Below are positions 17,238-27,216 of a stretch of 64,000 nt of DNA, in pieces. A program made the translations under genes and the position numbers. Source of the stretch: a virus; the IMG/VR virus record IMGVR_UViG_3300009790_002068, positions 19,165-83,164 of that record; one strand, given 5' to 3'. Under the pieces are notes generated by a model that worked only from the letters and a program-made list of their open reading frames with translations, ran no database searches and was not told the origin of the DNA. Positions within the stretch are counted from its first letter, which is position 1. The number at the start of each line of letters is the position of its first letter.

Positions 17238-17723
17238 ATGGCTTATCAAAGTACAAAAACATATGGTAATGACAGAGGCTTTTCATGTGCTTTTAGGCAA
17301 TGGAGTGCTGACAGTCATTGTAATTTAATTCACGGATACTCATTAGGGTTTAAATTTATATTTGAAGCTGAAGAGCTAGACGAACGTAATTGGGTTTACG
17401 ATTTTGGCAACTGTAAATGGATCAAAGAATGGATAGAAGATACATTCGATCATAAAACGGCTGTTGATATTAACGATCCTTATATTGAAACTTTTAGAGA
17501 ACTAAACAAAGCAGGACTAATTGATTTAAGAGAAATGGATGGTGCTGGTTGTGAGAAATTTGCTGAACATACTTTTTCATTTGTTGCTCCTAAAGTATTA
17601 GAAGGCACAGGCGGTCGTGTAAGACTAAAGAGTGTAGAAGTATTTGAACACGGAGCCAATAGTGCTGTCGTAGAAGATTTAATTCTACCAGAACATATTA
17701 ACGAAAGTAGAGAGGTACATTAA
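17238..17723 (+). CDS. queD: 6-carboxy-5,6,7,8-tetrahydropterin synthase
   Basis: HCNLIHGY (CxxxHG), DFG, FDH, E..A and V.VFE motifs. Confidence 0.88.
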   Translation: MAYQSTKTYGNDRGFSCAFRQWSADSHCNLIHGYSLGFKFIFEAEELDERNWVYDFGNCKWIKEWIEDTFDHKTAVDINDPYIETFRELNKAGLIDLREMDGAGCEKFAEHTFSFVAPKVLEGTGGRVRLKSVEVFEHGANSAVVEDLILPEHINESREVH

Positions 17724-18307
17724 TGGCATTAATTCCAATAGTTATTGAACAAACAAGTAAAGGTGAAAGAAGTTATGATATCTATTCACGTTTAATGAAA
17801 GATAGAATTATAATGTTAAGTGGTGTTGTAGAAGAAAACATGGCTAACATTATAACTGCTCAACTTTTATTTTTAGAGAGTCAAGACCCTGATAAAGATA
17901 TTACACTTTATATTAATTCACCAGGCGGTAGTGTAACTGATGGAATGAGTATGCTTGATACTATGAACTTTGTTAAATGTGATATATCAACAGTAGTAAT
18001 GGGCCAGGCTTGTTCAATGGGTTCATTGTTAGCAAGTTCAGGTACTAAAGGCAAACGTTTTATGTTACCTAATGCTAGGCACATGATACATCAACCTTTA
18101 GGTGGGTTTAGTGGTCAAGCTACTGACGTAGAAATTAGAGCAAACGAATTGTTACGTTGGAAGAAAGTATTAACTGAAGTGTATGTTACTAACACAGGTA
18201 AAGACTTTGATACGTTATCTAAGGATATGGATAGAGATAACTTTATGACAGCAGAAGAGGCCGTAGCTTACGGACTTGCTGATAAAATTGTTGAGGAGAG
18301 AACATAA
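17723..18307 (+). CDS. clpP: ATP-dependent Clp protease proteolytic subunit
   Basis: YDIYSRL.KDRII, YINSPGG, ACSMG (Ser), MIHQP (His), DRDNFM. Confidence 0.97.
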   Translation: MALIPIVIEQTSKGERSYDIYSRLMKDRIIMLSGVVEENMANIITAQLLFLESQDPDKDITLYINSPGGSVTDGMSMLDTMNFVKCDISTVVMGQACSMGSLLASSGTKGKRFMLPNARHMIHQPLGGFSGQATDVEIRANELLRWKKVLTEVYVTNTGKDFDTLSKDMDRDNFMTAEEAVAYGLADKIVEERT

Positions 18308-18546
18308 TGCCAATACCAGAAAAAGTAATTATGCCAGCAAGTAAAGACCCAGGTAAAGGACACTTTTACGTTAGTTTAATAAAGAGTGCTATTAGAATTG
18401 GTGCTGGTGTAGGACTAATACTAGCCGGTATGGCATTTAGTAGTCATAATGGAGACCTTTGGCCTGATATTGCTTATTGGTTAAAGTTTGCTGGTGCTGG
18501 CTTTATACTTGCTGAAGCATTAGGAATTTTAGAAGAGATTGTTTAA
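18307..18546 (+). CDS. Small membrane protein
   Basis: HFYVSLIKSAIRI...AEALGILEE with two hydrophobic segments. Confidence 0.65.
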   Translation: MPIPEKVIMPASKDPGKGHFYVSLIKSAIRIGAGVGLILAGMAFSSHNGDLWPDIAYWLKFAGAGFILAEALGILEEIV

Positions 18547-19475
18547 TGGCAAATTTTGCTCAACATGATTTTAGTAAGACAGTAGAAAAGAAGTTTTATT
18601 ACTCTGAAATATTTCACAGTATTCAAGGTGAAGGACATTATACAGGTGTGCCTACTGCTTGGATTAGATTCTTTCTATGTAACTTACAATGTAATGGCTT
18701 TGGACAAATAGATCCAACTAACCCAGACACATATGAACTACCATTTGAGGACTTTGATGTTAGTTCTGTAAAGCGAGTTGAAGACTTGCCTGTATGGGAT
18801 AAAGGCTGTGATAGTTCTTATACTTGGGCGAAGAAGTTTAAAGACCTTATGGGACAAGAAACTCCTACTGCTATGGCAAATAAAATTGTTAATATAATGA
18901 AATGTGATAGCAACCCAGATGGATTATTTTTACATCCAATAAGTAAAATGAAGCAACACTTATGTTTTACAGGTGGCGAACCTTTAATGGTAACAGGGCA
19001 GACAGCTAGTGTTGGAATATATAAAGAATTAGAAAGACAAGGTAACTTACCAAGTTCAATGACATTTGAAACTAATGGTACACAAAAACTAAGACCTGAA
19101 TTTATAGACTGGGCAAGTAGTATACCAGAAGAAGTATTCTTTTCTTGTAGTCCTAAACTGTTTACAGTATCTGGAGAGAAACCAGAGAAAGCTATTAAAC
19201 CTGAGATAGTAGGTGAATATAGAAAAGCATCTGCTAAAGGACAATTAAAATTTGTTGTTGGCGATAAAGATCGCGAATGGGACGAAATGGAATCAGCAAT
19301 AGCTAAATTTAGAGATGCTGGTGTTGATTGGCCTGTATGGGTTATGCCTACAGGAGCAAGGGAAGAAGAACAAACTGCTGGTGCTGGCAAAGTGGCGGAA
19401 CGAGCATTTAAACGAGGATATAATGTGGCGGCTAGAGTACACGTTTATCTATTTGGTAATGCTATAGGAACTTAA
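18546..19475 (+). CDS. queE: 7-carboxy-7-deazaguanine synthase (radical SAM)
   Basis: EIFHSIQGEG, WIRF..CNLQC...CDS, TGGEP, ETNGT, SPK and RVH motifs. Confidence 0.9.
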   Translation: MANFAQHDFSKTVEKKFYYSEIFHSIQGEGHYTGVPTAWIRFFLCNLQCNGFGQIDPTNPDTYELPFEDFDVSSVKRVEDLPVWDKGCDSSYTWAKKFKDLMGQETPTAMANKIVNIMKCDSNPDGLFLHPISKMKQHLCFTGGEPLMVTGQTASVGIYKELERQGNLPSSMTFETNGTQKLRPEFIDWASSIPEEVFFSCSPKLFTVSGEKPEKAIKPEIVGEYRKASAKGQLKFVVGDKDREWDEMESAIAKFRDAGVDWPVWVMPTGAREEEQTAGAGKVAERAFKRGYNVAARVHVYLFGNAIGT

Positions 19476-19478
19476 ATT

Positions 19479-19790
19479 ATGGACTTAAAAACTATTTGGT
19501 TTTCGGCAGAGGAGATCGCTTTAAAATTTACTCAACAATCCTTTTTAAAAAATACAGCCGAACTACTAATCAAAGTATTACATACAATTATTTTATTTGT
19601 TTTATGTGTATGTGTGTTTACATTTCTTATACTTAAATCTTGTTATGAGATGATAAGAGATAGGAGTAAAACAAATGTCGAAGAGGATGAGCCAATGGAA
19701 CACGAACCTTTACCTTACAAACTGAAAGGTAAACACGAAGAAGATGGCGATCCTGAATTTGTTAAACGATTAAGAGATAGAGGAATATAG
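19479..19790 (+). CDS. Hypothetical membrane protein
   Basis: One TM segment; in the operon. Confidence 0.55.
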   Translation: MDLKTIWFSAEEIALKFTQQSFLKNTAELLIKVLHTIILFVLCVCVFTFLILKSCYEMIRDRSKTNVEEDEPMEHEPLPYKLKGKHEEDGDPEFVKRLRDRGI

Positions 19791-19798
19791 GAGAAGTT

Positions 19799-20164
19799 AT
19801 GGAAAACCCATTTAAAAAACTTTTTAGTAAAGAGAGTAAAGCAAAGACTAAAAAAGAACATAAGTCTGATAAAGATCTTGCTACTGAAAAAGAGTTACCC
19901 TATGTTAACGTTATTGGATTTGATTTAGATAAAAATAATCCAAGCCAAGGTGCTTTCGAATTAGATTGGAACATTTATTTTATAAACCAATTAAGAGGCG
20001 AAGGTTATCAAGGAAAAACAGATGAAGATGTTGTAGACAACTGGTTTCAAAAAGTATGTAAGAATGTAGCTTTAGAAACTTGGGAAAACTATGACGCTGA
20101 TCCTGATAATAGAACAACTGTTAACAAGGTTAAACGTGACGATGGCAAGACTGAGGTTAGTTAA
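19799..20164 (+). CDS. Hypothetical phage protein
   Basis: GAFELDWN...GY.G..DE.VVD.WF pattern. Confidence 0.7.
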   Translation: MENPFKKLFSKESKAKTKKEHKSDKDLATEKELPYVNVIGFDLDKNNPSQGAFELDWNIYFINQLRGEGYQGKTDEDVVDNWFQKVCKNVALETWENYDADPDNRTTVNKVKRDDGKTEVS

Positions 20165-21150
20165 TGTTTTTTCTTAATTTTGGAAATGGACAACCTGGTG
20201 GTGTAGGTACTGTTACTAATTACAGAACTGCTGATGAAGATGGTGCTTGGGTTGGTATGGAACGTTATGTACACCCCACAGACGCTCAATACTCGTGGAT
20301 AAATAGATTAGCTGAGCTTTATTCAGCTAGAACTAAAAACTTCTGTAGACACGAAGCAACTACAGACAGAATCTTACAAGAAGTTAGAGAAAATTTAAAC
20401 ACATACAACTTTGATGAATGTTATGTTTTTATAGCATTATCGGGTGTAAGCCCTAGACTGTTTTCTATATATGGAGACTGGGGTAGTGCTAAAGACAGCC
20501 ACTGGAGTAAGTATTATGACGAGTGGGGCATAGAGTGTAGAATGGACGGTACTGATTTCGACTACAAAAGAGGTAGAGAACTAATCTTTAATGTACTAAA
20601 AACAAATGGCGTTAAAAAAGGCGACACTACATTTACATCTTACGTTGATCAACATTTTAGAGGCTTCTTAAACGAAGAAGGACTAAATTTAAACGATACT
20701 GACAATCCTTTAAATTCCTTTCATCCTGATAATGCTATCTATACTGACATTATTAATAAATGGTTAGAACTAAAAGAAAAAGATTACTTAAAAGAATGTA
20801 AGAGAATTGATTCTATGAAAGAAACTGCTGAAAGGCACGAATGGTATCAAGATGAACTTAAAGAAACTATGAAAGCTATTAAAGGATCAGAACATAAGTT
20901 TTTCTTTTACTGGTCAGATGATATGCCTGGACAAGGTAACATACCCGAAAATGTTGGTTTGGGCGATTTGGACGATAAGGTAAAAATTGATCAACCCAAT
21001 ACATATTGGTTTTGGGGAATTAGTATGTCAAACTTTTTTAATAACATGAATATATCTCCAAGATTTTTAAAGTACTTTCAACACGAAGCTCATTTTGAAT
21101 TTTACAAATATATGAGAAATAAGTTGACAGACTCTAAATTGATGCTATAA
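20164..21150 (+). CDS. Hypothetical protein (possibly degenerate SGNH-like fold)
   Basis: 328-aa ORF; fold guess is weak. Confidence 0.5.
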   Translation: MFFLNFGNGQPGGVGTVTNYRTADEDGAWVGMERYVHPTDAQYSWINRLAELYSARTKNFCRHEATTDRILQEVRENLNTYNFDECYVFIALSGVSPRLFSIYGDWGSAKDSHWSKYYDEWGIECRMDGTDFDYKRGRELIFNVLKTNGVKKGDTTFTSYVDQHFRGFLNEEGLNLNDTDNPLNSFHPDNAIYTDIINKWLELKEKDYLKECKRIDSMKETAERHEWYQDELKETMKAIKGSEHKFFFYWSDDMPGQGNIPENVGLGDLDDKVKIDQPNTYWFWGISMSNFFNNMNISPRFLKYFQHEAHFEFYKYMRNKLTDSKLML

Positions 21151-21151
21151 T
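21124..21151 (+). promoter_or_regulatory. Sigma70-like promoter
   Basis: TTGACA-16 nt-(GATGC)TATAAT. Confidence 0.7.
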
Positions 21152-21178
21152 GTATATAATATTTGAACGAGGAACAGA

Positions 21179-22165
21179 ATGAAGTATTTAATTGTAGACA
21201 CAGCCAATACATTTTTCCGTGCTAGGCACGTTGCCTTTCGTGGTGCTAATTTAGATGAGAAGGTAGGCCTTAGTATTCATATTACTATGAATAGTGTTAA
21301 TAAGGTGTATCGTAAGTTTCAAGCAGACCATGTAGTATTTTGTTTAGAAGGTCGTAGTTGGCGTAAAGACTTCTATGATCCTTACAAAAAGAATCGTGTA
21401 GTAGCTCGTCAGGCTTTAACAGAAGCAGAACAAGAAGAAGATAAAGTATTTTGGGAAACATTTGATGATTTGTGTACATTCTTAAGAGATAAAAGTAATT
21501 GTACAGTTATTCGTAATGAAATAGCAGAAGCAGATGATTTAATTGCTAGGTTTATACACCAACACCCAGATGATGAACATTATATTATTAGTAGTGATAC
21601 AGACTTTCATCAACTGTTAGATAACAACGTACATCAGTACAATGGTATTACAAATGAATTACATACTATTGAAGGTATATTCGACGACAAAGGTAAGGCT
21701 GTAATAGATAAGAAAACAAAAGAACCTAAAGCAATACCTGACCCTAAATGGTTACTATTTGAGAAATGTATGAGAGGCGATACTAGTGATAATGTCTTTA
21801 GTGCTTTCCCTGGTGTTCGTAAAAAAGGTACAAAAAACAAAGTAGGATTACTAGAAGCTTTTGAAGATAAAGATCGTAAAGGTTTCAATTGGAATAATAT
21901 GATGCTACAACGTTGGGTTGATCACAATGAAGTAGAACACAGAGTATTAGATGATTATCAACGTAATGTTACATTAATAGATCTTACAGCTCAACCAGAT
22001 GAGATTAAAGATTTTATCGACGAAACTATTAAATCAATTAACAGTAAAAACAATCCCATGGTAGGTGCCCAGTTCTTAAAATTTTGTGGCAAATACGACT
22101 TACAAAAGATTAGTGAACATATAGAAAGTTATGCTCACTTCTTACAGTCAGGATATAAGGAGTAA
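21179..22165 (+). CDS. rnh: T4-type RNase H / 5'-3' exonuclease (FEN family)
   Basis: LIVD, EADDLIA, IISSDTDFHQL and GDTSDNV motifs. Confidence 0.9.
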   Translation: MKYLIVDTANTFFRARHVAFRGANLDEKVGLSIHITMNSVNKVYRKFQADHVVFCLEGRSWRKDFYDPYKKNRVVARQALTEAEQEEDKVFWETFDDLCTFLRDKSNCTVIRNEIAEADDLIARFIHQHPDDEHYIISSDTDFHQLLDNNVHQYNGITNELHTIEGIFDDKGKAVIDKKTKEPKAIPDPKWLLFEKCMRGDTSDNVFSAFPGVRKKGTKNKVGLLEAFEDKDRKGFNWNNMMLQRWVDHNEVEHRVLDDYQRNVTLIDLTAQPDEIKDFIDETIKSINSKNNPMVGAQFLKFCGKYDLQKISEHIESYAHFLQSGYKE

Positions 22166-22167
22166 AT

Positions 22168-22665
22168 ATGACAGTTAAACTCAAAACAATAATTAAAAAT
22201 AACTTTTGGATTATGGAAGAAGACGGAACCAAAGTAGGTACTGTAAATAAAATGGACCAAAAGAACTATCAAATTTTTAGTAGACATTCTGAACGCCCTG
22301 TAAAATATACAATGAATGAAATTATTACCAAGTGGGGCGAAGATTGTTTTAAAGATCCAGTAGAAGTTGATGTAGCTCAAAATATTACCAAAGATGGTAA
22401 TCAATATATGTTATTTGGATATCCGTGTGCTAACGAGCCAACTAACGAAATGTATGAAGTACAAAGAAAGCTACCTTTGTATACTAAAAACAATAAATCA
22501 AATAGTGTTCATTCAGCAGGATATTATATTGTAGAATATCCAAGCAACGGTTGGACTAGAAGTTTTTGTCCTAAACTAGTAACACTAGAACGTTATCCAT
22601 ATAGAGGGCCATTTAAAACAAAGGCTGATATGGCAATGGCACTTAAACAAAGCAGAGTTAAATGA
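22168..22665 (+). CDS. Hypothetical phage protein
   Basis: 165-aa ORF; LPLYTK..KS....AGYY...FCPKL.TL.RY...GPFKT. Confidence 0.7.
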   Translation: MTVKLKTIIKNNFWIMEEDGTKVGTVNKMDQKNYQIFSRHSERPVKYTMNEIITKWGEDCFKDPVEVDVAQNITKDGNQYMLFGYPCANEPTNEMYEVQRKLPLYTKNNKSNSVHSAGYYIVEYPSNGWTRSFCPKLVTLERYPYRGPFKTKADMAMALKQSRVK

Positions 22666-22889
22666 GTATACACATAGAAAACTTTAGAGCATTAGTACAA
22701 GCAAACCAACAGAAAAATGCTTCTACGACGACCTTAGAGACCTCTGTAGCGTCGAATGTTGTTCATAGTATAACACAACTCCAGAACAAATTAATAGACG
22801 TACAAGAACAACTGATACAAGCTCAACGTAAAATTATAGAGCAACAAACTGTTGAAGTTGAAATGGATGGCGAAAACTGGTCCAGTTAA
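22662..22889 (+). CDS. Hypothetical coiled-coil protein
   Basis: 75-aa ORF coupled to the upstream gene. Confidence 0.6.
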   Translation: MSIHIENFRALVQANQQKNASTTTLETSVASNVVHSITQLQNKLIDVQEQLIQAQRKIIEQQTVEVEMDGENWSS

Positions 22890-22957
22890 AGCATCATATA
22901 AAAACCATTAACTACTCATAGAAAGAAGATAAATACTCATAGAACAGGAGTATCGAA

Positions 22958-23245
22958 GTGAGTAGACCTAAACCAGTAATACTGTTGGAAAAGACAGATA
23001 ACAAAAGTTACCAGACAGATCAAGTCTTGGCCAGTGAAGGCATATGGGCCGTGTACTATGAGGATCGTCCGATCAACTTGAAAACATTTAATATGCTAGT
23101 AAGTTATCCAGGACCTAAGTATAAGAAAGTATCATTTTCCAATCCAGGCCATGCTATCAACCTAGCAAAGAAATTAAATTCTAAATATGCTACTGATAGA
23201 TTTACTGTAGTTAAACTAGACCGTGGCGAAAACGTTCCCCTCTAA
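22958..23245 (+). CDS. Hypothetical phage protein (MSRPKP N-terminus)
   Basis: GTG start, AGGAG RBS, GATAAATA late-type box upstream. Confidence 0.7.
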   Translation: MSRPKPVILLEKTDNKSYQTDQVLASEGIWAVYYEDRPINLKTFNMLVSYPGPKYKKVSFSNPGHAINLAKKLNSKYATDRFTVVKLDRGENVPL

Positions 23246-23609
23246 TAAAATTGAGATTACAAATTCTCTCGTAAAGCATCTTGACAATACAACTGAAGAA
23301 GAAGCGATTTCCACTTGGTGGCGTAACACTAGAGCACATTCAGGTTTACGATTAACAGAAGAAGGATTTAAAGCATTTACTCAGCAACTGTTCGTTAAAC
23401 GATACACAATATCCATACAAGAATCAGTTAAGGCAATAAAACATAATCCTAGATTGTTATTACAACTAGATCATCATATAACTTGCCCATACTACTTTCC
23501 ACCTAGAAAACAATCAATAATCGTATTTGGTGAACAAGAAGCTAATATGATTTCCTTATATAATGGTGACCTCAAATTATATATGGCTAATACCGACGCT
23601 TGGTATTAA
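23223..23609 (+). CDS. Hypothetical phage protein
   Basis: WW.N.R..SGLRLT..G and LD....CPYY motifs. Confidence 0.65.
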   Translation: MAKTFPSNKIEITNSLVKHLDNTTEEEAISTWWRNTRAHSGLRLTEEGFKAFTQQLFVKRYTISIQESVKAIKHNPRLLLQLDHHITCPYYFPPRKQSIIVFGEQEANMISLYNGDLKLYMANTDAWY

Positions 23610-23614
23610 TTCGG

Positions 23615-23643
23615 TTGACAAACACCACTAGATATAGTATACT
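23615..23643 (+). promoter_or_regulatory. Sigma70-like promoter
   Basis: TTGACA-17 nt-TATACT; the leader contains hairpin GACACTA/TAGTGTC. Confidence 0.7.
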
Positions 23644-23693
23644 GTACACATAATAAGACACTACATCTAGTGTCATAACACAGGAGAAAACAC

Positions 23694-23936
23694 ATGAATA
23701 CACTTTTTATTAAGAGATTTGCTATTAATATTGGCATTGTACTAGCAAGTATGGCCGGAATAATGATATTATACACAGGAGGAGAATACTTCTTTTCCAA
23801 TGGTGCCTATGGAATTATGGCTGGTTTGGTAGCATATTTGCTATTTTGGATAGTAGATATGAGCTATTTTCAAGCGAAATCTGAGTACTATGATAAGCAA
23901 TATGACGAGATCTCTAAGAAACATGGCATAAAATAA
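23694..23936 (+). CDS. Small two-TM membrane protein
   Basis: Two hydrophobic helices; AGGAG RBS. Confidence 0.65.
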   Translation: MNTLFIKRFAINIGIVLASMAGIMILYTGGEYFFSNGAYGIMAGLVAYLLFWIVDMSYFQAKSEYYDKQYDEISKKHGIK

Positions 23937-23968
23937 AGCAAAAAAAGATGAAAAAAAGACGTCTTTTT

Positions 23969-24015
23969 GGTTGACTTTTGGCCTTATGATGCTATACTAT
24001 ATGTATAGTTAGAAA
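23969..24015 (+). promoter_or_regulatory. Conserved early promoter module, copy 3
   Basis: GGTTGACTTTTGGC...GATGCTATACTATATGTATAGTTA, nearly identical to the copy at 11601. Confidence 0.8.
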
Positions 24016-24054
24016 AAGATGAGTAATAATTTAAACAACGAAACGGAGAAAAAT

Positions 24055-25167
24055 ATGTCCTCAACAATTACAGAACACCGTACAGTAACTTCAGAAGGAG
24101 CTCGTAGGAGCATTGTTAAGGCGTTTGCTAAAAAACGTCCTATCTTCCTTTGGGGTCCTCCCGGTATTGGTAAATCAGAATTAGCACAAGGGATCACTGA
24201 TTCAGGTGATATTGGTAATGCCTTGTTAATCGATCTACGTATGGCACTTATGGAGCCTACAGATATTAAGGGTATTCCTTATTATAATAAAGAAACAGGT
24301 ACAATGGACTGGGCACCACCAGTTGATTTGCCAACTGAAGAACTTGCTAAACAATATGACACTATTGTCGTATTTTTAGATGAGCTTAACTCGGCTCCTC
24401 CAAGTACACAGGCGGCGGCCTACCAATTAGTTCTTAACCGTAAGGTAGGTAATTATACATTACCCGAAAACGTTGTTATTATCGCGGCTGGTAACCGTGA
24501 AACTGATAAGGGTGTTACTTACAGAATGCCGGCACCATTGGCTAACAGATTCCTACATTTGGAAATGAGAGTTGATTACGAAAGCTGGTTAGATTGGGCT
24601 GTTAACAATAATATCCATTCAGATGTTATTGGACACATTACAGTTCATAAACAAGATTTATATGACTTTGATCCAAAAGGTTCAAGTCGTTCATTTGCTA
24701 CTCCACGTTCGTGGACATTTGTTTCAGAGCTAATCTCAGATGATGATTTAGACGATGAAACATTTACTGATTTAGTATCAGGAGCCGTTGGTGAAGGTAT
24801 TGCCGTTAAGTTTATGGCAACTAGGAAGGCTAGAAATAAACTTCCTAATCCAACAGAGATCTTAGAAGGTAAGATTAAAACGTTAGATGCTCAAGTTGAA
24901 ATGAGTGGTAGGTACTCACTTACTATGTCAATGTGTTATGAGCTACGTGAAAAAGCTGAAAAGAATAAAGCTGGTTCACAGAAGTACGTTGAAAACTTCC
25001 TAAGGTTTATGATGGATAACTTCGATGCTGAACTTACAGTTATGGGAGCTCAGACTGCCATAGTAAGATATGGTATAGCGGTTAAGCCAAAAGAATTAAA
25101 GAGCTTTAATGAGTTCCATGAGAGATTTGGCAAGTACATTAGAAAAGCTCGTTCATTGGATTCGTAG
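24055..25167 (+). CDS. MoxR-like AAA+ ATPase
   Basis: Walker A GPPGIGKS, Walker B VFLDE, AAGN, ANRF, TPRSW. Start taken at MSST after GGAG. Confidence 0.9.
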   Translation: MSSTITEHRTVTSEGARRSIVKAFAKKRPIFLWGPPGIGKSELAQGITDSGDIGNALLIDLRMALMEPTDIKGIPYYNKETGTMDWAPPVDLPTEELAKQYDTIVVFLDELNSAPPSTQAAAYQLVLNRKVGNYTLPENVVIIAAGNRETDKGVTYRMPAPLANRFLHLEMRVDYESWLDWAVNNNIHSDVIGHITVHKQDLYDFDPKGSSRSFATPRSWTFVSELISDDDLDDETFTDLVSGAVGEGIAVKFMATRKARNKLPNPTEILEGKIKTLDAQVEMSGRYSLTMSMCYELREKAEKNKAGSQKYVENFLRFMMDNFDAELTVMGAQTAIVRYGIAVKPKELKSFNEFHERFGKYIRKARSLDS

Positions 25168-25202
25168 GACTTAGGTCCTACTAACCAGGGGTAAATATTT
25201 TT

Positions 25203-25790
25203 ATGAGCCACTTTAAGCAATTACATTTTCCGAAATTTGACCTAGCTGATGCTTGGTCGAATACCACAGACTTGACTTTTGGGAGAGAGGACACTCCCGG
25301 AGGTCAGGTTTGTATTAATACTGTAAAGGGTCATGAAGATGATCCTTTTTACGGTTATGGTGGGTTATGGAAAGATTGGGCTAATAAGAAAACTATTACC
25401 TACGACAATGGTACTAAAGAAACTATTGTACCATGGAGAGCTGAAGGTTTAAAAGAAGAAGAATTTACAGAAGTTTGTACTCAATTTAAAGGTACTGTAT
25501 TTGAAGAAGCTTATAATGTTTTAAATGATAAGTTTGTATTAGGTCGTGTTAGGGTAATGACTTTAGAGAGCAAAAAATGTCTTACTTGGCATTGTGATAC
25601 TAGTCCTAGAATACATTATCCAATGATTACTGATATAGGTAATCTTATGGTAATTGAAGATGAAGTTAAACACTTGCCAAAACATACTTGGTGGTTAACA
25701 GATACTACCAAAAACCATACCGCCCTAAACGGAGATACCAAATCTAGGGTACATTTAGTGGCAGTAATACTGGATAAAAAAAGTGGTTGA
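25203..25790 (+). CDS. 2OG-Fe(II) oxygenase (Asp/Arg hydroxylase-like cupin)
   Basis: R.RVM.L...CL.WHCD (HxD), RIH.P, H.A.N....R.HLV. Confidence 0.75.
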   Translation: MSHFKQLHFPKFDLADAWSNTTDLTFGREDTPGGQVCINTVKGHEDDPFYGYGGLWKDWANKKTITYDNGTKETIVPWRAEGLKEEEFTEVCTQFKGTVFEEAYNVLNDKFVLGRVRVMTLESKKCLTWHCDTSPRIHYPMITDIGNLMVIEDEVKHLPKHTWWLTDTTKNHTALNGDTKSRVHLVAVILDKKSG

Positions 25791-25845
25791 CTTTTTGGCT
25801 AAAGATGTTATTATAATAGTATAGTAATTAAGAAAAGGAGCAAAA
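25783..25845 (+). promoter_or_regulatory. Conserved early promoter/leader module, copy 4
   Basis: GTGGTTGACTTTTTGGCTAAAGATGTTATTATAATAGTATAG...AAAAGGAGCAAAA. Confidence 0.8.
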
Positions 25846-27153
25846 ATGGCACAGACAAATACAGCAGATAAAAAAATCCAAGCAGGTTGTGAAGTTGGAT
25901 TTAAGACTGATTCTGCTTTAGATCTACAATGTCGAGAAAGGCTAATTCAAGCTAGAATTGGACTTCTTATTTTACATCCTTTTTACGGAAATCTTGCTTT
26001 AAGGCTTCAGCTTGTTAATGCTGATGCTTGGTGTCCAACCGCGGCCACTAACGGTAAGAACTTCTTTTACAATACAAAATTTATTGAAAGACTATCAGAC
26101 GGAGAACTATTGTTCTTGTTTGGTCATGAATTACTTCACGTTGTTTATGATCACTTAGGTCGTAATGATGGTAGAAATGCTATGTTGGCTAATATTGCCG
26201 CCGACTATTGTGTTAACGGAGATTTAGTACAAAATAAAGTTGGTACTCCTATTCAGGTTGTTCCTATTTTACACGAAACAAAATATTATGGTTGGTCATT
26301 TGAAAAAGTATATGATGACCTTTATGAGCAAGTCGAAAAGAAATATGTTGATATGGACGACTTGATGGACAAAATTTTAGACGAACATTTAGATGAAGAT
26401 GGTTCAGGTCAAGGTGATGCTAACGGAGAACAGGAACTAGACGAAAATGGTAATCCTGTTAGTAAGAGCAAACCTAAAATGACTGAAAAAGAACGTAGAG
26501 CTCTTAAAGACGAAATGAAAGAAGCTGTCTTAAATGCCGCTCAGGCGGCGGGTGGTGCTCAAGCTGGAAATATGCCAGCTGGTATTAAACGTTTAATTGA
26601 GCAATGGACTCAACCTAAGATGGATTGGAGAGAGTTACTTCAACAACAAATTCAGTCAACAATTAAAAATGATTTTACTTTTATGAAACCAAATCGTAGA
26701 AGTTGGCACATGGACGCCGTTCTTCCAGGTATGGATTTTGATGAAAAAATTGATATTAGTCTTTGTGTTGATATGTCAGGTTCAATCAGCAATAAAATGA
26801 TTAAAGACTTCTTTAGTGAAGTTAAAGGTATTACTGATATGTACGAAGATTACAGGATTCAAATTTGGACTTTTGATACAGCCGTATATGGTTACAAAGT
26901 ATTTGATCCTACAAACATTGATGAGTTAATGGACTACGAACCTATGGGAGGCGGGGGAACCGACTTTGATGTTAATTGGGAGTTCATGAAAGAAAATGAA
27001 ATTGAACCTAAGAAGTTTATTATGTTTACAGATGGTTACCCTTGGGGTTCATGGGGTGATGAAAACTACTGTGATACAGTTTTTATTATTCACGGTGATA
27101 AGAGTATTAAAGCACCATTTGGTGTTACTGCTCATTACGAGGAGGCGGCATGA
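25846..27153 (+). CDS. Metallopeptidase-like + vWA domain protein (DUF2201-type), partner of the MoxR ATPase
   Basis: TAATNG, HELLH (HExxH), MIDAS DMSGS, GGGGTDF and FTDG motifs. Confidence 0.87.
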   Translation: MAQTNTADKKIQAGCEVGFKTDSALDLQCRERLIQARIGLLILHPFYGNLALRLQLVNADAWCPTAATNGKNFFYNTKFIERLSDGELLFLFGHELLHVVYDHLGRNDGRNAMLANIAADYCVNGDLVQNKVGTPIQVVPILHETKYYGWSFEKVYDDLYEQVEKKYVDMDDLMDKILDEHLDEDGSGQGDANGEQELDENGNPVSKSKPKMTEKERRALKDEMKEAVLNAAQAAGGAQAGNMPAGIKRLIEQWTQPKMDWRELLQQQIQSTIKNDFTFMKPNRRSWHMDAVLPGMDFDEKIDISLCVDMSGSISNKMIKDFFSEVKGITDMYEDYRIQIWTFDTAVYGYKVFDPTNIDELMDYEPMGGGGTDFDVNWEFMKENEIEPKKFIMFTDGYPWGSWGDENYCDTVFIIHGDKSIKAPFGVTAHYEEAA

Positions 27154-27216
27154 TCTTAACTGGAATCATTTATAGTTTTTTAATATTAATAGCTTATTTG
27201 GTATCGGAAACTGAAT

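Noticed and set aside
18818-19390. 190-aa antisense ORF inside queE, and many similar antisense/alternate-frame ORFs (e.g. 97..348, 3133..3456, 33978..34346, 46114..46566, 52834..53253)
   Set aside because: They are nested in well-supported genes, have no RBS or motifs, and are expected from codon bias.
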